Positions 24,400-35,993 of a stretch of DNA of 64,000 nucleotides are shown here, piece by piece; positions within the stretch are counted from its first letter, which is position 1, and the number at the start of each line of letters is the position of its first letter. The stretch comes from Piedraia hortae CBS 480.64. Lineage: Eukaryota. The notes under the pieces are model-generated. The model did no database searches, was not told where the DNA came from, and saw only the letters and a program-made list of their open reading frames with translations. The stretch is from positions 186,001 through 250,000 of the forward strand of contig MU005975.1 of assembly GCA_010093745.1 (NCBI GenBank), read 5' to 3'. Made by a program: the position numbers and the translations under genes.

Positions 24400-25900
24400 G
24401 TACACAAGTACGCTCAACACCGAACCCACATCACAGCCCACATTTTTCTAGAGGCCCTCCCAGTCCTATGTTTCACCAGGCTCCTGCACCAAAATCAGGT
24501 TGTCAATCGCCATTTCCGCGGTATCCAGCATTCTGGGCAAGTTCCAAGTGACAAAAAGCCGACCTGCATGGCCGAGAAGTTCAGCAAAATTTGCAGGAGC
24601 ACGCTCTTTGGCGTACTGGCTAGTCTCTAGATCTCCTTCGTCATTTATGGAAAATACGGGAGCGTAGCCGCAAGTTACGTCAGACCCTCGCACAGGTAAC
24701 GCCGAAGCCGGAAACATGTGTAGAATGTCTTTTTTTACGCGGCACCTAGTCCATTGATTTCCGTGATAGGGCACACATGCTGGCATTTATCAGAGTTTGC
24801 ACGTCCATCACCCGTAGTGTGGCTCTCTTCTTCATGGATATACAGGGTATCTTCTTCTTCTTCTCGCCTGATTGTTTTGTGGCGAAGGAAATGAATAACC
24901 CATGTCCGGCGTACTGGCTCTTGGGATAATGAGTTGGTTTTTCCACTCGTGCTTTTTGCTCTTCTGTTTGCAGAGTGGCAACTGTTTGGTCCTGTTCCCT
25001 TGATCTGCGACATGAGACGTATTCTTCACGTGCCAGACAGCATATTGTTTCTAATGTTAATGATGAAAATTTACCTTCGTTGTGGATTGACACGGCAGCG
25101 ACCGTTCAAGCAGACCGAAAAAAGCATAAGAATGCATGTTACCTCAATATTAGACTTCGCACGATGCGTCCTCAGGAGATTTGTCACTTCCTCCGTCCGG
25201 CTCGTTCTCTTGCCGACCCTGCCTGACGGTCATCCGGTCAAGACTGGCGAGCTCTGGAGTCTCTAAGGCCTTCTCTCTCGTCATTAATATCGCCTGCTAC
25301 ACTGGTGATTTGAAGCCCGCTGGGCTGCTTAGTCGAGATATTCCAGTTTGGCCAGGTAGTTAAAGTGATCTACTCTCATCCGCATGTTTTGTGCAAGGTA
25401 CCTTTCAGGGCACTTAATGTTGCCTCTACGAACGACATCCCGATTTGCGATTGACTGTTGAACTTGTAAAGGCAATGATATGTGATGAGAACAATTGTGT
25501 GCTGTCGTATCAAGGTGCTCTAGGTCCGTTCAGCAGAAGTTTCATAAAATGCCAGTGGCGATGTCAAGGCTTTGTTTGATGCACGGCGGATACGTAATGG
25601 CATCTCGCCTGAAGATGGATGTTGGTTTGCAGCCACAATGATCCCTTTGGAGGTGTTCATATACTGTTCTTTCGATCTGGTCGATTGAATGGAGGCAAGG
25701 TTCATGGAGGTCATTTTTATCAAACTGACTGTGAATCAATTTGCTTAAGCTTGCCGACAGCTTGTGTTTAGACCCTTTCGTTCCTTTTCGGCGGCTTATA
25801 AAGGAATCTGGGATTCCAAGTCTGTATCTAGATTCTATTAACCGCCCTGTTTGTGGTCCATGAATCACGAATGGATGTTTTCCAGAAAATCAAACGTTGA
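24400..25900 (-). pseudogene. Decayed DUF3435 tyrosine-recombinase-like gene (Starship captain); 5' bound approximate
   Basis: KSNIEVTCILML/..SA*TVAAVSIHNEGKFSSLTL (cf. KP..VxDL..L..W..D..FxHERxR); VCPITEINGLGAA (cf. LCPITHLLxLA); APVFS....LLGHAG....AID (cf. PIFR..LxRLGxxAG..ANxID). Contains stops and frameshifts; matched by eye. Confidence 0.45.
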
Positions 25901-26005
25901 CGTTCATTTCCCGAGGCTCAAGTCAATTTCATTGATGTTGCTCAAGCTTCGGCATTTGAATTGCCCGTGTGACCCAAAGAGCTCATCTGCAAACTGCTGG
26001 GGGAT

Positions 26006-26365
26006 TGTAAAGATAGTACTCTAGTGGATGGGAGTGCGTAGCGGCCCGAGATAAGAGGACGTAGCGATAGGCAAAGATCAAATGACAGGGACAGGAAAGA
26101 TGCAGGTGGGTAGAAGTCAATACTAGTGTCGATATGACAGTGTGAATGACTATATGCATCTCTGGCTCTCTATTCTCTACCGGTGGGCCGGTGACGTCAC
26201 GTCGTACACTAGCAGGGCGCCTTCGCCATGTCGCATATGACATGACCCTGAGGGAAAACCTCTGTGAGGGAAAACCCTAGGGTGCAGCCGGTAGTGTAGG
26301 GAGTTTAGCTGACTTGCTGTGCAAGTGTCCCGCGTACGCGCTAGCGGTGATGCTTGACTCCAACA
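26006..26365. mobile_element. Solo LTR family D
   Basis: TGTA...CAACA ends, 360 bp, perfect TSD GGGAT. Confidence 0.92.
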
Positions 26366-26449
26366 GGGATTAGGAAGCAAGACCAATGGCTTAGGATTGG
26401 AAGACACTTTTTTGAGACGAAAGTTCTAGTATCTGCAGAAATCTGAGAG

Positions 26450-27400
26450 ATATGTTGCAGTGAAACCATCGCATTGCCGTAAAACAAAGGGCAAACATCA
26501 AACGATACGGTATGGCGAGCAAATCATGACCCGCAAATAGATCTGTGAAATATCCCCTTTTCTACCCATAGAGGATTCTGTTTGTGATGAACAGGCATAA
26601 CGAACTTCTGTGGCGAGTGGTGCTGCATGCAGATAACATAGATATGTATCCGTGACTATAAAGGGGGAAACTTGCAGGAAAATAAATTCGTCCAGCAGCG
26701 GCAGGTCGGCCTTATCTGCCAAATGGAAAAAGTTTTAAAATCCGGTGCCAATCACGCTGGCAAGCTGCAAGGTTCATCCACAAGCCATAGCTTTAGGCAA
26801 ATATGGTCCACATCTTACAACGATTGTCCATTTCTCACTCTTATCAGCCCAGGCATTTTGGAAGTAAGAACCTCACAGATACTGTTTCATAACGCCTTTC
26901 TTTATTCGGACCTTCCATAGGCGCAGTGTCTTTGATATTCATTGCCCTCGAAACTTGCATCCATTGCGGTACGGCTTCATCTCGCCCAGGTTGGATGCTT
27001 GTCGACTAGGAACCACTACCAACCAAAATCTTAGGCATGCGGGAGGCCATCTGATCATATCTGTGGCCATCTGCTTCGTTGGTTCATCGGTGTCGATCAT
27101 CTGACTTTCTTTCACGCAAAAATACTGGTTCACAATAACAATATCTACACTCCAGCCAGTCCTCTCCCAACGTAACGCATGCAAAAAGATTGCAAGGAAC
27201 CCCGAAACATTCTCCTTCTTTGCAATAAACTTGCAGAAGTGCAAATACTTTTGGGCTTACAAGTCCGCCAATATTTTCCCGATTCATTTCGTGCCGCTAG
27301 GCCAGATGAAATGGGACTCGCATCGGAATGGTTTTTGGATAAGGCACAGATGTTGGTGACGGGTTGGGAACACAGTCGGTGGTAGGTTAAAGTGCCGGGG
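26450..27400 (+). pseudogene. Decayed coding relic, possibly the N-terminal part of a second patatin-like (PLP) gene
   Basis: Weak motifs only: SYNDCP, ILFHNAFLYSD and FPDSFRAARP (cf. PFDFIxASR). Confidence 0.2.
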
Positions 27401-28898
27401 GCAATGCTGGAGGTACAGGATAAAGTGCGTTAGACCACTGATGCATACACGGGGGGTTACTTGTCGCTGACTGCGCATGTTGCAGCTCTCCTTCTGGTTG
27501 ATATCGACGGTTTGAAGCTTAACATCCGAAGCTAAATGGTCCTCTTGCAAGGCACGACAGAAAGTGGTACTACGGCGATGATCGCTGAAGTGAGGCCTCG
27601 CTTTTCCCTACCATCCACATGACCGCTTACCACCGCAGATTCTCAGCAAAAAGAGCAGACTCATCTCTGTTCACACTGTGCTTGCGAGTCCTCTTCCCGC
27701 CAGTGCCCGGACCGTGGGTGCTTCTTGCCACCTGATTCACCTGCACCTTCGCCACCAAGCCTCTCCACGAGCGTTGTATGTGCGGCGGGATTTTCTCAGG
27801 CGCACCCAGTTATCGTAGTCTTGGTTCTAGCATGGGACAGCTTATGGGCATATGTGGAGTAGTGCATCACGGCTGGGAGATATCTGTTTGATTGACGTTT
27901 GCTCGTTGCCTGATCGAAGAAGGCTTTGAAGGGGCTCTTCAGGCGCCTAAATTTGTGAAGAGTCGGTAGGCCGTGGTTTGTAGTGCGCGTCCTCTTCATG
28001 TCTTCATGACCAGCTTCTTCGCCGTCGATCGCTCGTTCATAGAACAGTAAAATTGGCGCAGTGCTAGAAGCATTTCAACTGCTTGGTCTCAGCGGCTGCA
28101 GCTGAGTCAGAATTTGCCTTATTCGCCGCAAGGGGTAACCCACCTGTCATTCGCGCGTACAGCTTGGCATCGTTGTCCAACGTCGCCCGGTGGGAGGTTA
28201 GAGCGCCATTCTAAACTGCTTCTTCTCAGTCCCCGTCCGTGCACAACCTTGCGCGGAGCTGCGGAACCCCACAGTTCCTGAAGTCTGCTAACGAGACGGC
28301 GCTGTGTAGCGGCATAATTTTGTCCGGGGTGAGAAGATTAAAAATTGGTATGCCATATTTATTACATCACGCCTCGTGGCGCTCTCTGTGTGAAGCTCAC
28401 AGCTCAGTTGGAATACTACTCACTGTGGAAGCAATGTTGTACGTGTGATTCGTGACTCCTGAATGAGTTTTCTTCCACTACAAATGAGTAGCTAACCAGT
28501 ACAGCCTTCTGCCTTTTCGTAAAATGATCGAGCCGCGCCGCCGGCGGCACCAGACCCTCATCCGCGCTTTCAACAGCCTCGTTACACCGCTGGGCCCCAA
28601 GAGAAATTAAAATCAGAGGACAAGGAAAGAAGGAGGTTAAGTCTAAGCACTTACCCACAAGAAACCAGACACGGAAAGGGTGGAGCGGAGCCCCGCAAGC
28701 AGCACCTGTTCGATGCAGAGCAACATTTGGCCGTGGAGAATCCATAAAAGAGCAGCAGCGACAGCACAGAGCCAAAGGATAGAACCTTTAGACCTGTTGC
28801 CGTGGACGAATGGTTCCTGGCCATCACGACAGTCTCTATGGAGGGAATCCCGCGCCATGGCTCATGCCACCTGCTCATAGCAAAGCTAAAGCACTATG

Positions 28899-29200
28899 TG
28901 TGAGAGGGTAAACCCTCTCATATAGTATACAGCCAGGTCGCAACTGCGAGTATAGATAGAGGTCGATGCTTCTCAAGGTATTTATCTCCATAGGAGGAAG
29001 TTTTCCCTGAGACGAGGCACGGTCTCGTTCATACTCTGTGGGTGCTCGGTGACGTGGTCTTGGTGAATGTGGCTAGACCTGGGTTAGCGCGAGCTGAAGT
29101 TCCGCACTTTACCTAACCACTCGATCTCGACACGTACATACACATACATAGTAGCATATATATGTGCCTCGCACACCATTGCCTGTCTCATCCTCCGACA
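28899..29200. mobile_element. LTR family B, copy 2
   Basis: TGTGAGA...CCGACA ends; inverted homolog of 10515-10817. No TSD seen. Confidence 0.85.
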
Positions 29201-29269
29201 GTGATGTGATCGGAGGTTCAGTCCTTTGACACTATATCACTGGTGTTGACAGGAAATCGCGATGAAAGA

Positions 29270-29460
29270 CCACAACGCGACTGCTCACCCGAGCCGGCGG
29301 GCGGAACTATGTACAAGAAAACAACTAATCTATCAGCGACAATAACGTCGATCATACGATCGATATGCCGAGGCACCGGCAAGGATCGACATTAGCCATC
29401 GCCTCATACACTATGGCTCTCCAGAGATGGCCTATGGTGTCTTTTCACGAGACTAGGAAG
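29270..29460. repeat. Diverged dispersed repeat (family F), copy 1
   Basis: Shares AACTAT..ACAAGAA..ACTAATCTA and GCCGAGGCACCG.CAAG with 43420-43600. Confidence 0.6.
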
Positions 29461-30280
29461 TTGTCTTGTGCTACGTTGAGAGCTACTTGACGCACGACGC
29501 AGGTCGTTCTCCATACCAGCATTTACAATAACAATAGTAACTACAATCCATGGCTAACCGGAAGGTCCTGGAATGCCCTGTAACTTGATACATATGAGAT
29601 GTAGAACAAAATGCACATATGAACGATATCGTCTTTCAGACTACGTAGATATCTTTCTTTACTATAGCCGAACGTGTTTTCATCAACACTGTTCCCGACC
29701 TTGATATGTCCACAATTACATGATTGAGCAGCAGGTGCGCGACTTATAGGGGTATTCCTCTTCCGGAACCTATCGTTGTTAGTAGTTGCCGATATAGGTA
29801 TCAAGGTACGCACCTTGCCCCAACGACTCGGGACCATGTAATCCACGGGTTCCTGATCGGTCCAGTCGATTAAGCTGGGTAAATTGGTCAGCACCCAAAG
29901 GACACAGAGCTTCAGGACCAAAAATTACGCATTCGCTGCTTCGGAGACAGGTACGCGCGGTTTGTCTAAGTCGGCTTGCAACCACCTTTTCAGTTCATTA
30001 AGTCGCTCCAGCTTCAAATCTGCCATTGACTCCTGCTTTTTGAGCTTTATGATTCCCGCTTGGCAGGTCTCGCATGACTTCGACATTGTTTTCGTTGTTT
30101 TTATTGTTGTTGATAATGTGGGGCAGCTTGGCGGGCGAAATGGAAGCGTCCGTGGATTTCCACGGCACGGGATGGGTCGTTAGATTCTGGTGAGAGCTGT
30201 TACGGCAAGGCTGTGTGTGCGCGGGACGACCCGCGCCGCCTAAGCGCACAGGGAATTTGATACACCGACGCGCCCTGCTA

Positions 30281-30420
30281 GTTATTCATAGTTACGCATG
30301 CTACCACGCACGGATGAACGGCGCTTCTGGATAGGTCTATAGTATCCTAGCTTTCCAATAGATAGCAGTCTGGATTGTCCTCGTTTTTGGGGCTTATTGA
30401 ACCTTTTCCTCTGGGCACCG
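30281..30420. repeat. 140-bp dispersed repeat, copy 2
   Basis: Co-linear with 4256-4395. Confidence 0.8.
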
Positions 30421-31299
30421 TAACAAGAGCTGTGGCCCAGTCCCACGCAGCGGTCCTGGTAAAGGAAGAACGTTAATCTCATTCGAATGTTCTGATATTT
30501 GCTATCACAAGTTCACAAAGGTCAATACACCAATCGCTCATCTCTATCGTGCCTGGTTGTAGAACTTCATCTTCATCCCGATAGAGCAGCGCTCGCTGCA
30601 CAACACCAGGCCAATGGCTTTACACAGGACCCTCAAAAGTTTCTCAATCTTTCCCCATTGCCATTTACCTTACTGCCACTCGATAGCTTCAATCGTAGGA
30701 ACATTTCACCACCGGCGAGAAATCATTTTTAACCTACACTTTAGGCATCGCTGCGTTAGGGTGAAAAAATTTTCCTAGGCCTCAAATTTGCAAGGCGCGT
30801 TCGCTGCTCGTAAGCCCATTGCATCCGAGTATGTAGACGTCTTAACCTCGCGTGCGTCTTTCCCAAGTCGCTGTAATTGAGGCGTGGGAACCTTTGATCC
30901 TTTTGCTAACACTTTTCTCAATGGTCCCATCTCCTGAGCCAGCTACAGATCAATTTTATCTCTTGCTGGGAGGCTTCTGCATTGTTCTCCATCGTAACAT
31001 AGCGAAACATTCCAACAACAGGGTAAAATCTGCTGCTCAGTAGATAGAGACTCAAATATGTGAAGCTTGGATGAAAACTTGGTAAGTCTTGGCTTTGAAA
31101 AGATGGAACGAGCCCTCGTCCCCTCATCAGGCGCGAACGAACGGATATCTCCCTTTTCATGTGAATCTTTTCCAAATTGGTGAGGCTCAAACTCTGATTG
31201 AGTCATGACATCTCTTGGCCCTTTGCCCAAACTTTTTGGCCCTCAGCAACGGTGCCTGACATTTGGCCAGCTATGGATCGCGCTAGCCCCCTAACAGAG

Positions 31300-32000
31300 A
31301 GAATTCTGCATAGTTCACGACCGTCACGGAGCCTCTCATAACGCTGTACGAGTCAGAAATTGCACTGCCCGCGTGCTGAAGTAAGTGAATGGAACCGCAA
31401 AAACCTTTGGCATGCAAGCTCTGTGGTTGCGCGCCTGGTGTCCTGAATGCTGGAGAGTACAACGAGCTGCTGCGTCATGCAGCATCGAGCTGTGCGATTC
31501 GGCCTGGCTGGTTCTCACCCGCACCCGGCTCGTCCTTTCTGTTGCGCCAATATCCGTCTTGGCGATTGAAGAAATCATCGTTGGATCGTACCACAAAGTC
31601 ACTCATTTGGCTAGTCGCCTTGTTGACAAGAGGGGTCAGCTGTTCTCTGGCTGCTGGGCGACTTCCTCGCACACATTGTCGTAGAATTGTATGATACTCT
31701 CCATAGACTTTGCCGTCCATAAGCCAAGCCATCCAATTACTTCAAATGTAACCATGCTTAATCAGTGACGAAAAAGGTGTATCTCTGTAGACTTCAGGGT
31801 TAATGGTGTGGAGCTGTGGGGCACGGTCGTGTGGATGTCAAATGAATTTTTGGCCATTTTGTATGTGCGAGAATTGAGAAGCCCAATGCCCGCTCAAAGG
31901 AAGAGACCGCATAGATTTCGTAATCCTCTGGGGTTTCTTCCGTTTGTGCAGGTCAAACTCTGCTTGAGTCAAGGCATTCTCTGACATTTGACTGCATTCG
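31300..32000 (-). pseudogene. Decayed Mutator-like transposase relic, copy 1
   Basis: Peptide TSQAESHSSMLH (cf. TNxAESxH). DNA homology GAGCTGTGCGATTC.GCCTGG.TGGTTCTC to ~56375-56405. Confidence 0.35.
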
Positions 32001-34031
32001 TTTACCTCTCCGCAAACCGCCTAATGTTTGACCCTCAATTGATACTATCCTTTCTTGGTCAGAGAGGCTTCTGCCTTGTTCCAGGGCTCTCCTACGGTGT
32101 TGACAATACCATGCCATCCTCTTGCAGCACCACCAAAGAGCGGCGCATACCCCTGGCATGTGGGTTCGTGGATCAGCGCCAAAGGTCCTGCATGTCGGGG
32201 AGCAAATCAAACAGCTGCGCAACGTAGCACCAAGCTGTACAACTTAGGCTGACGGTTTCTGAACAAAAGTAGATATGTCGTTGCGCCACTTTGTGTCTCC
32301 CAAGAGGGCATTGGCCAAACCACCGTTTGGCTGTCTTATCAAGGTGGTCGTTCGATCAGTCCCTTCATTTCCCATTGAATTCCCTTCCCCTGACGTTTAT
32401 TCATCCTGCGCACGTATGGAGAGTTCGGTGAATATTTGGCAATGAGTCGCGCAAATTGTCGCGATGCAACGGACACTAACCGCAGCCAGTTGTCATTCCA
32501 GCAGCGCACGAGGAGGAAAGCAATGTGGGAGCCAGTTAGGATCTTCGTCTGGCTAACTGGTGGTGAGTTCGTCTTTCGCGCGGTGGGCGGAGAATGGTGA
32601 AGCTTGAAAGCGTTAGTCCACTACGCCAAGTAAGGGATAAAGGCCTTTGCATGCATATTGATAAAATGAGCATGCTCTTATTGTCCATGCTTGGACGGCG
32701 AGTAGCGCGCAGTAGTCAGCCGTAGAGTCGAGCAAGATGCCAACATGCGTCTAGCTTCAACCGCGTTGAATAATTCGCGTTTGACGGATCACAGAATTTG
32801 GCATCTCAGATCATGCCATCAGACTATGTAGAGCGTCCAGCAGAGCGCACCGTGGTCTCAGTTTCATTGACCAACTGCTAATGGTGATGTGACATCTGCG
32901 GGTGGGTGTGAAAAATTCAATGGACCACACATTGCCGTCACATCCTCCACGACATCAAGGGTTTGAGTTTCTGTAATCCAATATAGTGCGCTCACTGATA
33001 CTGCGCGGCTTACAAGTACAGATATGTGACAAGCGAACGCGTTCTGAGCGCAAAGGAGGGCTCTCCTAACTGTTGCGAGCTAGCCCTTTCGTCCCATGGT
33101 TGTTCCACGGGTGTAGTTCACCAGGCGCGCACGCAATGCGTACGCGCGCGCTATACCGACAAGGTGATTTTATGCAGGAGCTCATGAGTATATAGCAGGC
33201 CCTTTGGCCCTCTATAGTTTCCCTAAGAGACAATATCTCGCTCGAACCTGGGTCTGCGCACACGCCCAGTCCTTTCCTTCACACCAACCCAGATAAATCG
33301 AAAGACGACACTCTACCGAAATTACATTCTGGTCAGCACATTTTCACCTGTTACAGAGTCGTAATTGTAATCTCGCACTCTTTCTGATAGCGGCCGCTGC
33401 CAATTTGAACTTTTTAACAAGCCATTCGCCAGCCGTGTGGGCCAGGACGAAGAAATGACAGCGCCATTATTAGTCCAATATCTAGAGACCAGAAGGAAAA
33501 GTATATAAAGGAATTCTACACTGCCTTATCAGAAATTCAATCCTCCAGTCTGCACGAAACCCTCGAACATACCGCCCATACCGAGGCAACGCCCACCAAC
33601 CATTGCGTAACGAGACACGGTCGTCCATCTGAGCAATATGAAAAGGAAGAAAGCGAGTTGACGCCTTTCAATGAAGCATGGTTCCGTTCGGACAGAAACA
33701 TCGGCCTTCTCGACAAGCGCATTGTATCACTTTGCGGGAGACTAAGACAGTAGAGAAAGGTGATAAAGCAACAAAGAGGAATGGTAACCAAACGACCAGA
33801 CAAAGATGCCACGAATGACTCAAATCAGCCCCTGGGATGGACAAGGAGCGCATCTCAAGCAAGATACCTGGTGCAATTGCGAACGAGCCTTGGGGGATTG
33901 AACATCTTGGCGCTCCACGTTACACTTAGCCCTGTGGCTTCCATGTATTCGGTGCGGATGGCGCGCATGGGACTTGTCAAAGAGTCTCTACTGTGGCGCG
34001 GGAAGGACGGATGACTTGTGCGTGTGGAAGG

Positions 34032-34393
34032 TGTTGGATTCAAGCATCACCGCTAGCGTGTTTGCGGCGCACTTGCATAGCAAGTCAGCGATACCTCCTA
34101 CACTACCAGCTGCACCATAGGTTTTCCCCTCACAGAGGTTTTCCCTCAGGGCCATGTCATATGTAACATGGCGAACGTGCCCTCCTATAGTGTACGACGT
34201 GACGTCACCGGCCCACCGGTACAGAATATTTATTCTGACGTCCCCTCATAGTGATATAGAGTCATTCATACTGTCATATCGACACTGGTATTGACTCTTA
34301 TCCATCTGCATCTGTCCTGTCCCTGTTTCCGTCTATCGCTTTTTCCTCTTCGGGCCGCTGCGCACTCTCACCCACGGGTTCACAATCTCTGCA
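34032..34393. mobile_element. Solo LTR family D (opposite orientation to the 26006 copy)
   Basis: TGTTGG...CTGCA ends, 362 bp. TSD not clear (GAAGG/GTAAG). Confidence 0.88.
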
Positions 34394-34573
34394 GTAAGAT
34401 CATGGCATTGGGCATGATGTTAACCACTCGAGAGATGAAAATCCGCCGAACATGTTTGCCAAGATAAGCCTACAGTGAAAACTCGTATTGGAAATTTTCT
34501 GCACAAGTAAACGCTTTGCTTTTGGCCGCTGGTGAGATGATGACCTCATGTCTAGCAGATTGGTAAATGTATG

Positions 34574-34716
34574 TGTTGTACAGGTCGCCACGGAGCGATC
34601 CGCAGGTGATGACCCACATCCCTGACCAGGGTTCGAGTACTTAGAAGTTATCTTGTGTAGCTCTCGATACGCGTGTATACTGACACACCTGTGAGGTGCC
34701 GCTGCTCATTTGAACA
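34574..34716. mobile_element. Short solo LTR family G (143 bp), copy 1
   Basis: TGTTG...GAACA ends, flanks GTATG/GTTTG. Homolog at 57796-57938. Confidence 0.88.
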
Positions 34717-35687
34717 GTTTGCTTGTTTCTTGATATACGTTCATATAAGTGGACCACACTTCCTACCATGCTTTTCATTTATTCAGCCAAAGTCTCGCCA
34801 GCCTGAAGTTCTAAGTCGATTTGAGCCGATGGAAGGATCGACCGCATCACCCTCAGTACCTGTACTTCTGACTTATGCTGTGGAACAGGTCGTTGTTCCG
34901 CTCCTGCAACATTCGCACATACTCATTGGACAATTGAAGCAGTCGATGCGGCACGAGTGTTCTCTGACTTGATTTGTGAAGAACTTGCACTGTACCGAGA
35001 TTGGGATCGGCTTGGTCGGCTGCGGGTGGGGGTGAGCTCTGAGATCGTCTTATGCGAATTGCTTCGGCGGCAGCGATGACAGGCGGCATTAGGGTGCTTT
35101 AAAATTATACTCGCAAGATAGGCATTCACTATGCCACGAGAGGCAGCCGATGTGCCATTAGCTGAATCGAAAGCGGCGCCGGGCAGGGTTGGCTGCTTCG
35201 GCAGCACGATCCCCTCTTTACTAAAGGAAACGCGCGGAAAATTGCTTGTGGCCTCTTCCGTGGCTTTGCTACCGGCCGTTCCCATTGGTGGACCGAGATG
35301 CTTTCTTCCATTCGAGGAGCTAACGAGTGGATGCCAGCATGTGGCTGAGGCTTCGCCGACTGTCCTCTTCAGGGCTGGCCGGGATCCATTGGCGAGCACG
35401 GAGCAGACGTCGTAATTTACTTTGCAATAGCTAGTCACCATGAGATGAACGGGAGACGGACAGTGGGGAAGCTGGAGACAATTGTCCTCCGAATAGTGCT
35501 TCTAGGAGGCCTCGACAGAATCGGCGATGAAATTCCCGATCAGCCGCCTGCTGTCGCTCTAAATATTGTCAGCACATGCGAGATTGGCTATTATGCGCTA
35601 AACTTACCCCCTTGGCGTACAGCAGAGGTACCCAAATCCCACACGATGATGGAACCCCAACCATAGAAAGCATTTTTGTAGGCGTAG

Positions 35688-35993
35688 AGTCAGAAGGATG
35701 TGGCACCCACCATGACCAGAACTATAGATAGAAGTCGAAACTTCTCAGGGTTTTTACCTCTATAGAGGAAGTGTTCTCTGAGACGGGTCATTGTCCCGTT
35801 CATGCTTAAGGGCATGGTTCGCTGACGTTGTCCTGGCAAATGCGGTTAGACTGAGGTAGTGTGGGGGAGGTTTCGAACCTCACCTCATAGGGATAGACAT
35901 CTACATTTTCACCTTTTTCAGTAAAATTTGAGTGAAAACTTTTGTCGTTGATATCCACTCCACTCTAGTCCTCGGAGGTTCACCCCTCCGACA
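35688..35993. mobile_element. Solo LTR family A, copy 4
   Basis: Perfect TSD CGTAG. The first base is mutated (AGTCA...CGACA). Confidence 0.92.

Noticed and set aside
24466..24520. LILVQEP as a LINE endonuclease motif
   Set aside because: The other APE motifs (GDFN, SDH) are absent, and the context fits a DUF3435-like relic better.
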